From: Moraxella nasovis
GTDB taxonomy: Bacteria; Pseudomonadota; Gammaproteobacteria; Pseudomonadales; Moraxellaceae
DNA: 32,000 nucleotides
Direction: 5' to 3'
NCBI RefSeq assembly: GCF_022701215.1
Contig: NZ_CP089976.1
Location: forward strand, 1,740,001-1,772,000
Numbering within the stretch: the first letter of the stretch is position 1; each line of letters starts with the position of its first letter. The position numbers and the translations under genes were made by a program. The notes beneath the pieces are model-generated. The model was not told the DNA's origin. It made no database searches and saw only the letters and a program-made list of their open reading frames with translations. Shown piece by piece: positions 15,949-25,323 of the stretch.

Positions 15949-17502
15949 TTAAATATTGGTAAACCAATCTGCTCGCAAATCCGCCCATTCGCTCAATAAG
16001 TCGCCAGATAGTACAAGCTGTTTGGCGTGTTCAATGTCAGGGGCAAAATAGCGGTCCTTGTCATAATGTGGTACAGTTTGGCGTAATGTTTGGTGGACGT
16101 GTTGTAGCTTGGCAGATGTTGATAGATTATCTTGGGCGTGAAAATCTACCCCTTGGGCTGCTGCAAGTAGCTCAATGCCAACGATGGTGGCGGTGTTATG
16201 TGCCATCTCAAACAATCTGCGTCCTGCATAAGTCGCCATAGACACATGGTCTTCTTGATTGGCGGATGTAGGAATGCTGTCTACAGAAGCAGGGTGGGCG
16301 TGTGATTTATTTTCACTTGCCAAAGCAGCGGCGGTTACATGGGCAATCATAAAGCCAGAATTTAGCCCTGCGTTTTTGACCAAAAAGGCAGGTAAGCCTG
16401 ATAAGGTGGCGTCAATGAGTAGTGCCACACGCCGTTCACTCATAGAGCCAATCTCGCTAATCGCAAGGGCAAGCGTATCGGCAGCAAATGCCACAGGCTC
16501 TGCATGAAAATTACCACCAGAAAGAGCAACAGGGTTGTCGTTATCGTTAAAAATCAGCGGATTGTCGGTTACGGCATTGGCTTCAATCAACAAGGTTTTG
16601 CCAGCTTGGTTAATCAAATCCAAACACGCCCCCATTACCTGTGGCTGACAGCGTAGGCAATAAGGGTCTTGCACGCGGTCATCATCGACATGGTGGGACG
16701 CACGGATTTGACTGCCGTCAATCAGATGGCGGTGAGCTTTGGCAATTTGGATTTGCCCATGGTGACCACGCACTTCATGAATGCGTGCATCAAAAGGCGT
16801 GTCTGAGCCTTTGGCAGCGTCAATAGAAAGTGAACCGACAACGGTCGCTGCTGCTAATAAATCCATCGCCATAAAATAACCACGAATGGCAAGGGCGGTG
16901 GAGACTTGCGTGCCATTGATGAGTGCCAAGCCTTCTTTTGCCCCAAGCACAATTGGCTGTATGCCTGCTTGCGATAGGGCCTCTTTGGCGTTCATTTTTT
17001 CGCCATTGACGAACACATCTCCTTCACCAAGCAATGCCAGTGTCATGTGCGAAAGCGGTGCCAAATCGCCACTTGCCCCCACCGAGCCTTTGGCAGGAAT
17101 ATTGGGTATGATGTTGTGATTGATGAGTGATAAAATTCCATCAATGATTTCACGGCGAACCCCAGACACACCTTGGGCAAGGCTAGATACTTTCATGACC
17201 ATAATCAGACGCACCACGCCATCAGGCAGACGCTCGCCTGTGCCAACAGAATGGGATAAAATCAAATTACGCTGTAAAAGCTCAAGCTCATCATCGCTGA
17301 TACGTTCCTTGGCAAGCAGCCCAAAACCTGTGTTAATGCCATAAGCTGCCTTGTCTTTGGCGATGATACGCTCCACCGCTTGACGAGATTGGTCTATCGT
17401 GTCATAAGCCGATGGGTCAAGCGTGATTTTGACAGGATTGTCATAAATTTTGCGTAAATCAGCAAAGGTGAGATGGCGTGGGGTTAGGTTGATTTGTTGC
17501 AT
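15949..17502 (-). CDS. hutH: Histidine ammonia-lyase
   Basis: [14 protein letters not shown] (the MIO-forming ASG), [13 protein letters not shown] took the ATG at 17502 (GAGGAA sits 5 nt upstream) rather than the TTG at 17514. Confidence 0.95.
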   Translation of the reverse strand: MQQINLTPRHLTFADLRKIYDNPVKITLDPSAYDTIDQSRQAVERIIAKDKAAYGINTGFGLLAKERISDDELELLQRNLILSHSVGTGERLPDGVVRLIMVMKVSSLAQGVSGVRREIIDGILSLINHNIIPNIPAKGSVGASGDLAPLSHMTLALLGEGDVFVNGEKMNAKEALSQAGIQPIVLGAKEGLALINGTQVSTALAIRGYFMAMDLLAAATVVGSLSIDAAKGSDTPFDARIHEVRGHHGQIQIAKAHRHLIDGSQIRASHHVDDDRVQDPYCLRCQPQVMGACLDLINQAGKTLLIEANAVTDNPLIFNDNDNPVALSGGNFHAEPVAFAADTLALAISEIGSMSERRVALLIDATLSGLPAFLVKNAGLNSGFMIAHVTAAALASENKSHAHPASVDSIPTSANQEDHVSMATYAGRRLFEMAHNTATIVGIELLAAAQGVDFHAQDNLSTSAKLQHVHQTLRQTVPHYDKDRYFAPDIEHAKQLVLSGDLLSEWADLRADWFTNI

Positions 17503-17582
17503 GATATTCCTCAATAAAGTAAAAAGTCGTGTTAAATGAAGTTAAAAGTTTTCAAGTGTTAAAGGTTTTTAGTTAAAATCAG

Positions 17583-18923
17583 CTATGCCAATAAACCAAA
17601 AATTATCGCTAAATGCCCAATCAAACAGGCTAATAAAATGCTTAATGCTGTGCGAATAAACCAAATCATCACCATTTTGGCAACAGAAATTGGAATGCTG
17701 GTCGCTAGTACACAAGGCACCATTGCCGAAAAGAAAATAATGGACGACACCGACACCACCGCAGTAACATAGCGAGTCAATATGTCTTGCTTGGCTAAAA
17801 GTAGGGCTGGTAAAAACATCTCAGCAAGCCCTGATGATAATCCTTTGGCGACAAACATCGGAGAGTCAAGTCCGCCTGCCCAAGTAAAGGGGTATAATGC
17901 CAATCCTAGGATATCAAATACAGGCGTGTACTTAGACAATAACAGACCAAGTAGCCCAATGGCGATGATAGATGGTACAATCGCTGCTGCCATTTTAATG
18001 CCATCAAACAAATTTAACCACAAAATCTTTGGTAGGCTTTGGGCATCTTGAGCCACGCTAACGCCCATTTGCCAAGCTTGTTTGAGTCGGTTGCTTGTTG
18101 GGTATGGGTAATCATCTGTCTTGGCGTGCGTATCATCAAGCCTGCTAATGGGCGGCAGGCGTGCGGTGATGGCAGTTACCACAAAAGTAATAAGCAAACA
18201 CGTCCAAAAATAAATATTCCAATACGCCATCAATTCTAAGGTCTTGGCAATAATTACCATAAATGCCGTAGAAACGGTAGAAAATCCTGTGGCAATAATG
18301 ACCGCTTCTTTGGCAGAATATTCTCCTTGGCGATAGACGCGGTCGGTGATGAGTAGTGCTACCGAGTAGCTACCAACAAATGATGCCACCGCATCAATGG
18401 CAGATTTACCTGGTGTTTTAAACAATGGCTTCATCACAGGTTGCATGATGACACCCATCAGTTCAAGCAATCCAAACCCTAACAAAAATGACAGCATCAA
18501 TGCTCCAATGGGTACAATCATACCAACTGACAATGCCAGCTTTTCAAACAAAAACGGCATCATGTCTTTTTCCATGAGACTCATCGGCAATAAGTTTGTG
18601 ATGTACAAAGATGCTAAGATTAAACCCAATATTTTTAATAAAGTTAAGATTTTGGTGGTGGTGTTCTTTTTCCATGTGCCTGCCAAGAATGGTTCAATCA
18701 CGCCATAAATCATCAACAAAAACAACAAAACAACTGCCAAAGTACGTTGTTCTTTTACCAAATAACTGGCAAGATGATCAAATGCAATGCTGGTTTTGCC
18801 ACCCAATTCAAATGGTATAAAAAACAACAAAATGCCAAGAAAGCTAAATCCAATCATCTGTATGATGGCAAGTGAAGTGGATTTTTGTGAACGCTTTGAT
18901 GTCGTTTGGTTGTTATTCATCAT
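17583..18923 (-). CDS. Polytopic membrane protein, YjiH / nucleoside-recognition (Gate) domain family; inferred histidine or urocanate transporter
   Basis: 446 aa with at least 10 hydrophobic segments. LELMGVIMQPVMKPLFKTPGKSAIDAVASFVGSYSVALLITDRVYRQGEYSAKEA resembles the Gate-domain core of YjiH-like proteins. Located between hutU and hutH. AAAGGA Shine-Dalgarno present. Confidence 0.6.
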   Translation of the reverse strand: MMNNNQTTSKRSQKSTSLAIIQMIGFSFLGILLFFIPFELGGKTSIAFDHLASYLVKEQRTLAVVLLFLLMIYGVIEPFLAGTWKKNTTTKILTLLKILGLILASLYITNLLPMSLMEKDMMPFLFEKLALSVGMIVPIGALMLSFLLGFGLLELMGVIMQPVMKPLFKTPGKSAIDAVASFVGSYSVALLITDRVYRQGEYSAKEAVIIATGFSTVSTAFMVIIAKTLELMAYWNIYFWTCLLITFVVTAITARLPPISRLDDTHAKTDDYPYPTSNRLKQAWQMGVSVAQDAQSLPKILWLNLFDGIKMAAAIVPSIIAIGLLGLLLSKYTPVFDILGLALYPFTWAGGLDSPMFVAKGLSSGLAEMFLPALLLAKQDILTRYVTAVVSVSSIIFFSAMVPCVLATSIPISVAKMVMIWFIRTALSILLACLIGHLAIIFGLLA

Positions 18924-18942
18924 GTTAATCCTTTAATAACTG

Positions 18943-18970
18943 GGCGTATATTTTAGGATAAATACACGCC
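18943..18970 (-). other. RNA hairpin immediately upstream of the transporter Shine-Dalgarno
   Basis: On the minus strand: GGCGTGTATTT, loop ATCCTA, AAATATACGCC. That is 11 bp including one G:U; the same position is an A:C mismatch on the plus strand. It ends about 7 nt before AAAGGA. Confidence 0.45.
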
Positions 18971-18995
18971 AGCGGTATTTATTGTTGATAAAACA

Positions 18996-19033
18996 GACTG
19001 TCGTTTTAAGGGTGTTTTATTATCACGACAGTC
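18996..19033 (-). terminator. Hairpin with U-rich tail after hutU (possible partial terminator or attenuator inside the operon)
   Basis: On the minus strand: GACTGTCGT, 20-nt loop, ACGACAGTC, then TGTTTTATC. Perfect 9-bp stem. Confidence 0.4.
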
Positions 19034-19051
19034 GTATTTATCAAGCATTCC

Positions 19052-20764
19052 TTACTCTACCATCGGCAACTTTAAACCATATTCTTTGGCAGTTTTGATG
19101 GCAAGCTCATAGCCAGCATCGGCATGACGCATAACCCCACTACCACAGTCATTGACCAAAACATTGGCAAGGCGTGCAGCAGCTTCATCGGTGCCATCTG
19201 CCACAATCACCATGCCAGAGTGCTGACTGTATCCCATGCCGACACCCCCACCATGATGAAGCGATACCCAAGTTGCTCCGCCTGCCACATTGAGCATACC
19301 ATTTAATAACGCCCAATCAGAGACAGCGTCCGTACCGTCTTTCATGCTTTCAGTTTCACGGTTGGGGCTTGCCACAGAGCCTGTGTCTAGATGGTCTCGT
19401 CCGATGACAATGGGGGCTTTTAGTTCGCCATTTTTGACCATTTCATTAAATGCCAAGCCTGCTTTATCTCGCTCACCAAGCCCAAGCCAACAAATGCGAG
19501 CAGGCAGACCTTGAAAGTGAATGCGATCTTTTGCCATGTCAAGCCAGTTGTGGACATGAGTGTTGTCAGGGAATAGCTCTTTGATTTTTTGGTCAGTCTT
19601 ATAAATATCTTCTGGGTCGCCTGATAATGCCACCCAACGAAACGGTCCTTTGCCTTGACAAAATAACGGACGAATATAAGCAGGCACAAAACCAGGAAAA
19701 TCAAAGGCGTTTTTAACTCCTTCATCAAAGGCAACTTGGCGGATATTGTTGCCATAATCGGTAGCAGGCACACCCATCGCTTGTAAATCTAACATCGCTT
19801 GTACATGAATGGCACAGGATTTTGCTGCTTCTTTTGTTAAGCGTTCGTGTTGGGCAGGGTCGGCTTGTGCTGCTCTCCACTCATCTACCGTCCAACCAAT
19901 CGGCAAATAACCATTGATAAGGTCATGGGCAGAAGTTTGGTCGGTTACAAAATCAGGCTTTATCTCGCCATTTTTGGCACGCTCTACAATCTTTGGTAGA
20001 ATTTCGGCAGCATTGCCAAGCAGGGCGATAGACACCGCTTCGCCTTTGTCGGTGTGTTCTTTGATGAGTTCATAAGCGTGGTCTAAATCACGAGCCTGCT
20101 TATCCACATAGCCTGTTCTTAGACGAAAATCAATGCTAGATTGTTGGCATTCAATATTAAGCGATACCGCCCCTGCAAAAGTTGCCGCCAAAGGCTGGGC
20201 CCCACCCATACCACCAAGTCCTGCGGTCAAAATCCAGCGACCACGCCAGTTGTCTTTTGACTTGTCGCCTGTGGGGTTAAAATGCTGACGACCTGCTTCG
20301 GCAAAGGTCTCATAAGTGCCTTGTACAATGCCTTGTGTGCCAATATAAATCCAGCTGCCAGCCGTCATTTGTCCATACATAAATAAATCTTTGCGGTCAA
20401 GCTCATTAAAATGCTCCCAAGTCGCCCAGCGTGGCACAAGGTTTGAGTTGGCAATCAGTACTCTTGGGGCGTTGGCGTGCGTATTGAACACGCCCACAGG
20501 CTTGCCTGATTGAATGAGTAGGGTTTGGTTATTTTCCAAATCTTTTAGACTTTGCAAAATCTTATCATAGCATTCCCAATTACGAGCCGCCCGTCCGATA
20601 CCGCCATAAACCACAAGGCTTTGGGGGTTTTCGGCGACATCTGGGTGCAGGTTGTTTTGAATCATGCGGTAAGGGGCTTCGGTCAGCCAGCTTTTGCAGG
20701 TTAGCTTTGAGCCTGTGGGGGCTTTGATGGTGCGAGTGCTGTCGGTGCGAGTGAATTTGCTCAT
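19052..20764 (-). CDS. hutU: Urocanate hydratase
   Basis: 570 aa. [37 protein letters not shown] and [12 protein letters not shown] (NAD site) are typical urocanase. AAGGA lies 5 nt upstream. Confidence 0.96.
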   Translation of the reverse strand: MSKFTRTDSTRTIKAPTGSKLTCKSWLTEAPYRMIQNNLHPDVAENPQSLVVYGGIGRAARNWECYDKILQSLKDLENNQTLLIQSGKPVGVFNTHANAPRVLIANSNLVPRWATWEHFNELDRKDLFMYGQMTAGSWIYIGTQGIVQGTYETFAEAGRQHFNPTGDKSKDNWRGRWILTAGLGGMGGAQPLAATFAGAVSLNIECQQSSIDFRLRTGYVDKQARDLDHAYELIKEHTDKGEAVSIALLGNAAEILPKIVERAKNGEIKPDFVTDQTSAHDLINGYLPIGWTVDEWRAAQADPAQHERLTKEAAKSCAIHVQAMLDLQAMGVPATDYGNNIRQVAFDEGVKNAFDFPGFVPAYIRPLFCQGKGPFRWVALSGDPEDIYKTDQKIKELFPDNTHVHNWLDMAKDRIHFQGLPARICWLGLGERDKAGLAFNEMVKNGELKAPIVIGRDHLDTGSVASPNRETESMKDGTDAVSDWALLNGMLNVAGGATWVSLHHGGGVGMGYSQHSGMVIVADGTDEAAARLANVLVNDCGSGVMRHADAGYELAIKTAKEYGLKLPMVE

Positions 20765-20822
20765 GGTCGTCCTTTTATAAATTTGAGTGAGTCAAATAAG
20801 ATGCTTGTCAGTTGATAAAAAT

Positions 20823-20842
20823 AAAGTTGTATAGACAACTTT
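20823..20842. promoter_or_regulatory. HutC operator
   Basis: AAAGTTGT-ATAG-ACAACTTT has perfect 8-bp inverted arms. The core TTGTATAGACAA fits the GntR/HutC-subfamily GT-n-TA-n-AC type operator known for hut promoters. It lies in the hutU-hutC divergent region. Confidence 0.65.
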
Positions 20843-20856
20843 GCTTAATTTAACAA
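20828..20856 (-). promoter_or_regulatory. Candidate hutU promoter overlapped by the operator
   Basis: On the minus strand: TTGTTA (20856-20851), 17-nt spacer, TATACA (20833-20828). The -10 and the spacer lie inside the palindrome. Confidence 0.4.
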
Positions 20857-20902
20857 AGTTTTGATGGTTATGCAAGGGATTTTTTATGTTGGGTGCAAAT
20901 TT

Positions 20903-20911
20903 TGGTATAAT
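20903..20911 (+). promoter_or_regulatory. Candidate extended -10 promoter for hutC
   Basis: TGgTATAAT (TG at 20903-20904, TATAAT at 20906-20911), 78 nt upstream of the hutC ATG. No good -35. Confidence 0.4.
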
Positions 20912-20988
20912 ACGCTTTTATAATAATTTGATGGCAAAATTTTAGCATTACTGATGCCATCATATTTTACCCACACAAGACGCCCATC

Positions 20989-21696
20989 ATGCCAAAACCT
21001 GTTTATCAACGTATCAAAGAGTATATTTTATACCAAATTCATCACGGAATATGGCGAGCAGGTATGCCTATTGCTAGTGAAAACGAGCTTGCGACAGCTT
21101 TTGGCGTGTCTCGCATGACCGTTAATCGTGCAGTAAATGAACTTACCAGTGATGGCGTCTTGACACGCAAGCAGGGTTCTGGAACGTTCGTTTCCCAAAG
21201 GCAGTTTAGCCATACTTTTGTGACAGTGCATAACATTCGCCATGACATTGAAAGCACAGGCAAAAGATACCACGCTAAAGTCATTAGTAAAAGATCAATC
21301 AGCAGGCATGATGTTCCAGAGTTTTTAGTAGGGGTTTTTGATGGCTCTCAAGATGTATTTGAAGTGGTTATAGTTCATTTTGGAGATGATGTGCCTTTAC
21401 AGGTGGAAGTGCGTTATGTGGATTTAACGTTAGTACCAGACTTTAAAAACCAAGATTTTAATAGGGTAAATACCAGTGATTACTTAATTGAGCATGTGCC
21501 GTTGGTAAAGGGTCGGTATTTTATCCAAGCGGTGCATTGCCCAAGCGATATCGCTCAGTGGCTAAATTGTCAAAGTGGTCTTGCATTACGTCTTAGTCGC
21601 TACACTTATTCAGGAGATAAAGTCGTGACTTATGTGCAGATGTGGCATGATGGTGAGCGTTTTGAGTTTGGTGGAGAGCTTGAAAAAAGCCAGTAG
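20989..21696 (+). CDS. hutC: Histidine utilisation repressor, GntR family (HutC/UTRA)
   Basis: Winged-helix SENELATAFGVSRMTVNRAVNELTSDGVLTRKQGSGTFV plus a UTRA-like C-terminal domain. Divergent from hutU. Confidence 0.9.
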   Translation: MPKPVYQRIKEYILYQIHHGIWRAGMPIASENELATAFGVSRMTVNRAVNELTSDGVLTRKQGSGTFVSQRQFSHTFVTVHNIRHDIESTGKRYHAKVISKRSISRHDVPEFLVGVFDGSQDVFEVVIVHFGDDVPLQVEVRYVDLTLVPDFKNQDFNRVNTSDYLIEHVPLVKGRYFIQAVHCPSDIAQWLNCQSGLALRLSRYTYSGDKVVTYVQMWHDGERFEFGGELEKSQ

Positions 21697-21713
21697 CTTA
21701 AACTACTGGCTTT
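21683..21713. terminator. Terminator shared by convergent hutC and the lipoprotein gene
   Basis: GCCAGTAG (21689-21696, containing the hutC TAG stop), loop CTTAAA, CTACTGGC (21703-21710). The minus-strand version is followed by TTTTTT; the plus-strand version by TTTCATG. Confidence 0.7.
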
Positions 21714-21719
21714 CATGAA

Positions 21720-22079
21720 TTATTCGCAGCGGAATGTTACGGTGTATTCATAATCATCATCACGAGAGATGCTGGCACTTTTACCAAGAATACCACCAAG
21801 AACGCTGATGGCTTGATCAGCAACACGCCCAACTTTTTCATCAAGCACGCCATGATACTGGTGTGAATCTTTGATAATGATGGGTGTGTGAGCATTGCCA
21901 CATTGTGATTTGGCGTAAGTCAATGCTTGATCACGAGCACTTAGCTTAGTTTTGCCATAACCTATCGTCTCAAAGACTTTATTTGGACGTTCAATAACAG
22001 GAACGCTTGGAGCAGTCTGGCAAGCTGTTAAGGCGGTGGCAATAGCGATAACCGAGATAACTTTATGTTGAGTTTTCAT
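21720..22079 (-). CDS. Hypothetical lipoprotein (119 aa)
   Basis: Signal peptide with lipobox ALTA-C (MKTQHKVISVIAIATALTACQ). Two further Cys in the mature part. AAGGAA Shine-Dalgarno. I recognise no family. Confidence 0.7.
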   Translation of the reverse strand: MKTQHKVISVIAIATALTACQTAPSVPVIERPNKVFETIGYGKTKLSARDQALTYAKSQCGNAHTPIIIKDSHQYHGVLDEKVGRVADQAISVLGGILGKSASISRDDDYEYTVTFRCE

Positions 22080-22157
22080 TAGATTTCCTTGATAAATATA
22101 ACAGTATATTAAAGTTTTGTCATACTTTTAAAATGCAACACTTTTAAAATCAATAAC

Positions 22158-22198
22158 ACGCTTAAAATTATTTGATAGTGTTTTAAGCGTTTTTGTGG
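22158..22198 (+). other. Orphan 10-bp inverted repeat / terminator-like hairpin in the lipoprotein-gpmI intergenic region
   Basis: ACGCTTAAAA (22158-22167), 13-nt loop, TTTTAAGCGT (22181-22190), then TTTTGTGG on the plus strand. No upstream plus-strand gene. Confidence 0.4.
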
Positions 22199-22408
22199 CA
22201 AATACAAAAGTTTCACACACTTTAAATAAGAGTCTATCTTATTGTGCCTAAAATAAAAGACGAATGCAATGGCTATTTGTGGTTATTTTGTAAAGATAAA
22301 GTTATGTTGTCAATCAGGCAGTTAAAAGTTGTACGTTGCACGAGCATTTTATGAATGAGTAGATGATTAAAATCGCCTTACTAAGTGGTTATTTTTAACT
22401 TAAATTTA

Positions 22409-22417
22409 TGCTACAAT
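22409..22417 (+). promoter_or_regulatory. Candidate extended -10 promoter for gpmI
   Basis: TGcTACAAT (TG at 22409-22410, TACAAT at 22412-22417), 32 nt upstream of the ATG. Confidence 0.4.
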
Positions 22418-22448
22418 GACCTAAAATCTAATACATAAAGGCTTTATT

Positions 22449-24005
22449 ATGACGACTAAGATTCCCCATGTACTGATGATTCTAGATGGTGTTGGACACC
22501 GAGAAGATGAGCAAGATAATGCTGTTTTGGCAGCCAAAACCCCAAACCTAGATAAGCTAAAAGCCACCTATGCTAACGGTCTTATTAGTGGTTCTGGTAT
22601 GGATGTCGGATTACCTGATGGACAGTTTGGTAACTCTGAAGTGGGGCATATGAATCTTGGGGCGGGGCGTATTTTATATCAAGATTCTACCCGCATTATG
22701 AATGACATTAATACAGGTGCGTTTTTTGATAATCAAACGCTGGTTGATGCTGTTAAAGCAACCAATGACAATGAAGGTGCGGTGCATATTTTAGGCTTGT
22801 TGTCAGATGGTGGGGTACACGCCCATATTGAGCATATTAAGGCAGCGTGCAAGCTTGCTTTACAGCAGGGAGCTTTGCAGGTATTTGTTCATGCCTTTTT
22901 AGATGGTCGTGATACACCGCCCAAGTCAGCCGATAAATATGTGACTGATTTACAAGATTATTTAAAGACGCTAAATGCTCAGTTTGAAGGAGTGGCTAGC
23001 ATTGCTAGTGTGATTGGGCGTTTTTTTGCGATGGATCGAGATAAGCGATGGGATAGAGTGGAGGCTGCTTACGAGCTTTTAACCGAAGCAAAAGCTGTCA
23101 GAACAGCAAGCACCGCTTTACAAGCTGTACATTTGGCGTATGAGGCAGGCGAGACGGACGAATTTATCCAAGCCACCATTATTGATGATAACGGCATTAT
23201 TGCTGATAATGATGGCGTGATTTTTATGAATTTTCGTGCTGATCGAGCAAGAGAAATTACCCAAGCATTTGTTAGTGATGATTTTGATGGCTTTGGGCGT
23301 CATTACACGCCAACCTTATCAGCTTTTGTGATGATGACAAAGTATTCAGATGACTTAGAAAATAATGCTAAAACGAGCATTGCTTATTTACCCACAAGCC
23401 TTACCAATACATTAGGTGAGTATCTCCAAAACCATAACAAAACCCAACTTCGCATTGCCGAAACTGAAAAATACGCTCATGTAACTTTCTTTTTTAGCGG
23501 CGGTCGAGAAGAGCTTTATGATGGCGAAGAACGTATTTTAGTAAACAGCCCAGATGTTAAAACGTACGATTTAAAGCCTGAGATGAGTGCATTTGAAGTG
23601 ACTGATAAGTTAAAAGATGCAATTTTATCTGGCAAGTTTGATGTGCTGATTGTCAATTATGCCAATGGCGATATGGTGGGTCACTCTGGCGTCTTTGATG
23701 CAGCGGTGAAAGCGGTCGAGGCGGTCGATGCTTGTATTGGTGAGATTGTTGAGGCAGTAAAGCTGATGAATGGGCATCTACTCATTACAGCTGATCATGG
23801 CAACTGTGAACAGATGCAAGATTATGACAGTGGTCAGGTGCATACTCAGCATACGACTGAGCTTGTGCCATTTATTTATGTGGGTGATAACGCTGTGACG
23901 ATTCGTGATGGTGGCAAGTTATGTGATGTCGCCCCAACTTTGCTTGATTTGATGGGTATGCAAAAACCTGATGAGATGAGCGGTACGTCTTTATTGGTGT
24001 CGTAG
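22449..24005 (+). CDS. gpmI: 2,3-bisphosphoglycerate-independent phosphoglycerate mutase
   Basis: [22 protein letters not shown] (catalytic Ser), [26 protein letters not shown]. Confidence 0.96.
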   Translation: MTTKIPHVLMILDGVGHREDEQDNAVLAAKTPNLDKLKATYANGLISGSGMDVGLPDGQFGNSEVGHMNLGAGRILYQDSTRIMNDINTGAFFDNQTLVDAVKATNDNEGAVHILGLLSDGGVHAHIEHIKAACKLALQQGALQVFVHAFLDGRDTPPKSADKYVTDLQDYLKTLNAQFEGVASIASVIGRFFAMDRDKRWDRVEAAYELLTEAKAVRTASTALQAVHLAYEAGETDEFIQATIIDDNGIIADNDGVIFMNFRADRAREITQAFVSDDFDGFGRHYTPTLSAFVMMTKYSDDLENNAKTSIAYLPTSLTNTLGEYLQNHNKTQLRIAETEKYAHVTFFFSGGREELYDGEERILVNSPDVKTYDLKPEMSAFEVTDKLKDAILSGKFDVLIVNYANGDMVGHSGVFDAAVKAVEAVDACIGEIVEAVKLMNGHLLITADHGNCEQMQDYDSGQVHTQHTTELVPFIYVGDNAVTIRDGGKLCDVAPTLLDLMGMQKPDEMSGTSLLVS

Positions 24006-25292
24006 ATGATGACTTTGGGAAACTTTGTAAAACTAACCCTTGTGGCTGCAGTTTATGGCGTGATGTCAGTGTCTGCAGTCGCACAAGTAAGCCCAAATGA
24101 TGGCTATGACGAGACAGTAAACCCAGCATTACAGGCTTTAGGGGGTGAGCCTGACGTGCTGCATGGCATTGATGGCTTACACCAAGGTCGTGTACCCTTA
24201 AATACCATTTCGCCTGAAGTGTTAAAGACATTTGTGGCAGTTGTGGACTTGGTGAGACGTGAATACCCTGAGAATCTTAGTGATGAGAAGCTGTTTGAGT
24301 ATGCTATTCGTGGTATGCTCCAAAAAGTAGACAGTCACGCTGATTTTTTAGATGCCGAAAACTATGCTGATTTGCAGTCGTTTACAAGCGGTGATATTGC
24401 TGATGTCGGACTTTGGGCGACGTGGCAAAAAGACAAGGGGCAATGGGTCGTTACTCGGGTGGTAGATGGTATGAGTGCGATGAGTGAGGGTGTCGAAGAG
24501 GGTGATTTTATCCATAAAATTGGCGATATACAGCTTGATGGCTCTCAGACTGATAATGATGTGGCACAGCTTTTAAGCGGTATCCTAAATACTGAGGTTG
24601 CTGTTGTGCTTTCAAAATCTGGGCGATCAAAGCGTACTGTTAGCCTTGTGCGTAACCACCCAAAAAAAAGCCAAATTGAGATGCTAAGTAAAGACGGTGT
24701 CATTATCATTAAGTTACCTGTTTTTCAAAACAATACCAGAGAGCAGATTTTACAGGGTTTGACTGGCGTGGATAAAGTCCAAGGGATTATCATTGATGTA
24801 CGCAATAACCCAGGTGGCGTGTTAGAGTCTGCTGTTGATGTTGCATCGCTGTTTATGCGTGATCAGACGATTACCCAAATACAAGGTAAAAATGGCTCAA
24901 ATCGCGTCTTAAAAACTACCCGTTCACCGCTGCTTGATGAGTTGCCACTGATGATTCTGCAAAATCGCTACTCAGCATCAGCATCTGAAGTACTAGCAAG
25001 TAGTTTACAAGAGCAAAAACGTGCATTGATTGTTGGTGAATCAAGCTATGGTAAGGGATCAGTGCAGTCGGTGATACCGTTAGGAGACGGTCAAGCAGTC
25101 AAGCTGACCACCGCTCATTATCTGACTGCTAAAGGTGTGAAAATTGATGGCGTTGGCGTGAAAGCTGACGTGAATTTCCCAAAAAACACAAGCGACGATA
25201 GGGTAGATGATTGGCTAGAGCGTGCCTTAGCACTGATGGAAAAAGCTAAGCTTGCCAAAGGCGTGGAGTTTACGCCAGTTGGTGGATTTTAG
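24006..25292 (+). CDS. ctpA: Carboxy-terminal processing (S41, tail-specific) peptidase
   Basis: Signal peptide. IIDVRNNPGGVLESAV, YSASASEVLASSLQ (Ser nucleophile region), SYGKGSVQ (Lys). The start abuts the gpmI stop (TAGATGATG), the gpmI-ctpA arrangement seen in pseudomonads. Confidence 0.88.
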   Translation: MMTLGNFVKLTLVAAVYGVMSVSAVAQVSPNDGYDETVNPALQALGGEPDVLHGIDGLHQGRVPLNTISPEVLKTFVAVVDLVRREYPENLSDEKLFEYAIRGMLQKVDSHADFLDAENYADLQSFTSGDIADVGLWATWQKDKGQWVVTRVVDGMSAMSEGVEEGDFIHKIGDIQLDGSQTDNDVAQLLSGILNTEVAVVLSKSGRSKRTVSLVRNHPKKSQIEMLSKDGVIIIKLPVFQNNTREQILQGLTGVDKVQGIIIDVRNNPGGVLESAVDVASLFMRDQTITQIQGKNGSNRVLKTTRSPLLDELPLMILQNRYSASASEVLASSLQEQKRALIVGESSYGKGSVQSVIPLGDGQAVKLTTAHYLTAKGVKIDGVGVKADVNFPKNTSDDRVDDWLERALALMEKAKLAKGVEFTPVGGF

Positions 25293-25323
25293 TGGCTGGT
25301 AAATGCAAAAGCATAACCTTGCA

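Noticed and set aside
16259-17344. Four plus-strand ORFs antisense to hutH. Similar antisense ORFs lie in hutI (13772-14171), hutU (19124-19514), the transporter gene (17782-18820) and lon (29277-31454).
   Set aside because: All are nested in well-supported genes. They are Ala/Ser/Arg/Pro-rich as expected for antisense of coding sequence, and I recognise no motifs.
20781-20797. ATTTGA-GTGAG-TCAAAT inverted repeat near the hutU Shine-Dalgarno, considered as a CRP/Vfr site.
   Set aside because: The half-sites are TTTGA/TCAAA with a 5-nt rather than 6-nt spacer, so it does not fit TGTGA-N6-TCACA. It may simply be a weak AU-rich leader hairpin.
20804-20816. CTTGTCAGTTGAT, considered as a possible second HutC operator.
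   Set aside because: Only the left half (CTTGT) resembles the operator, and there is no inverted partner.
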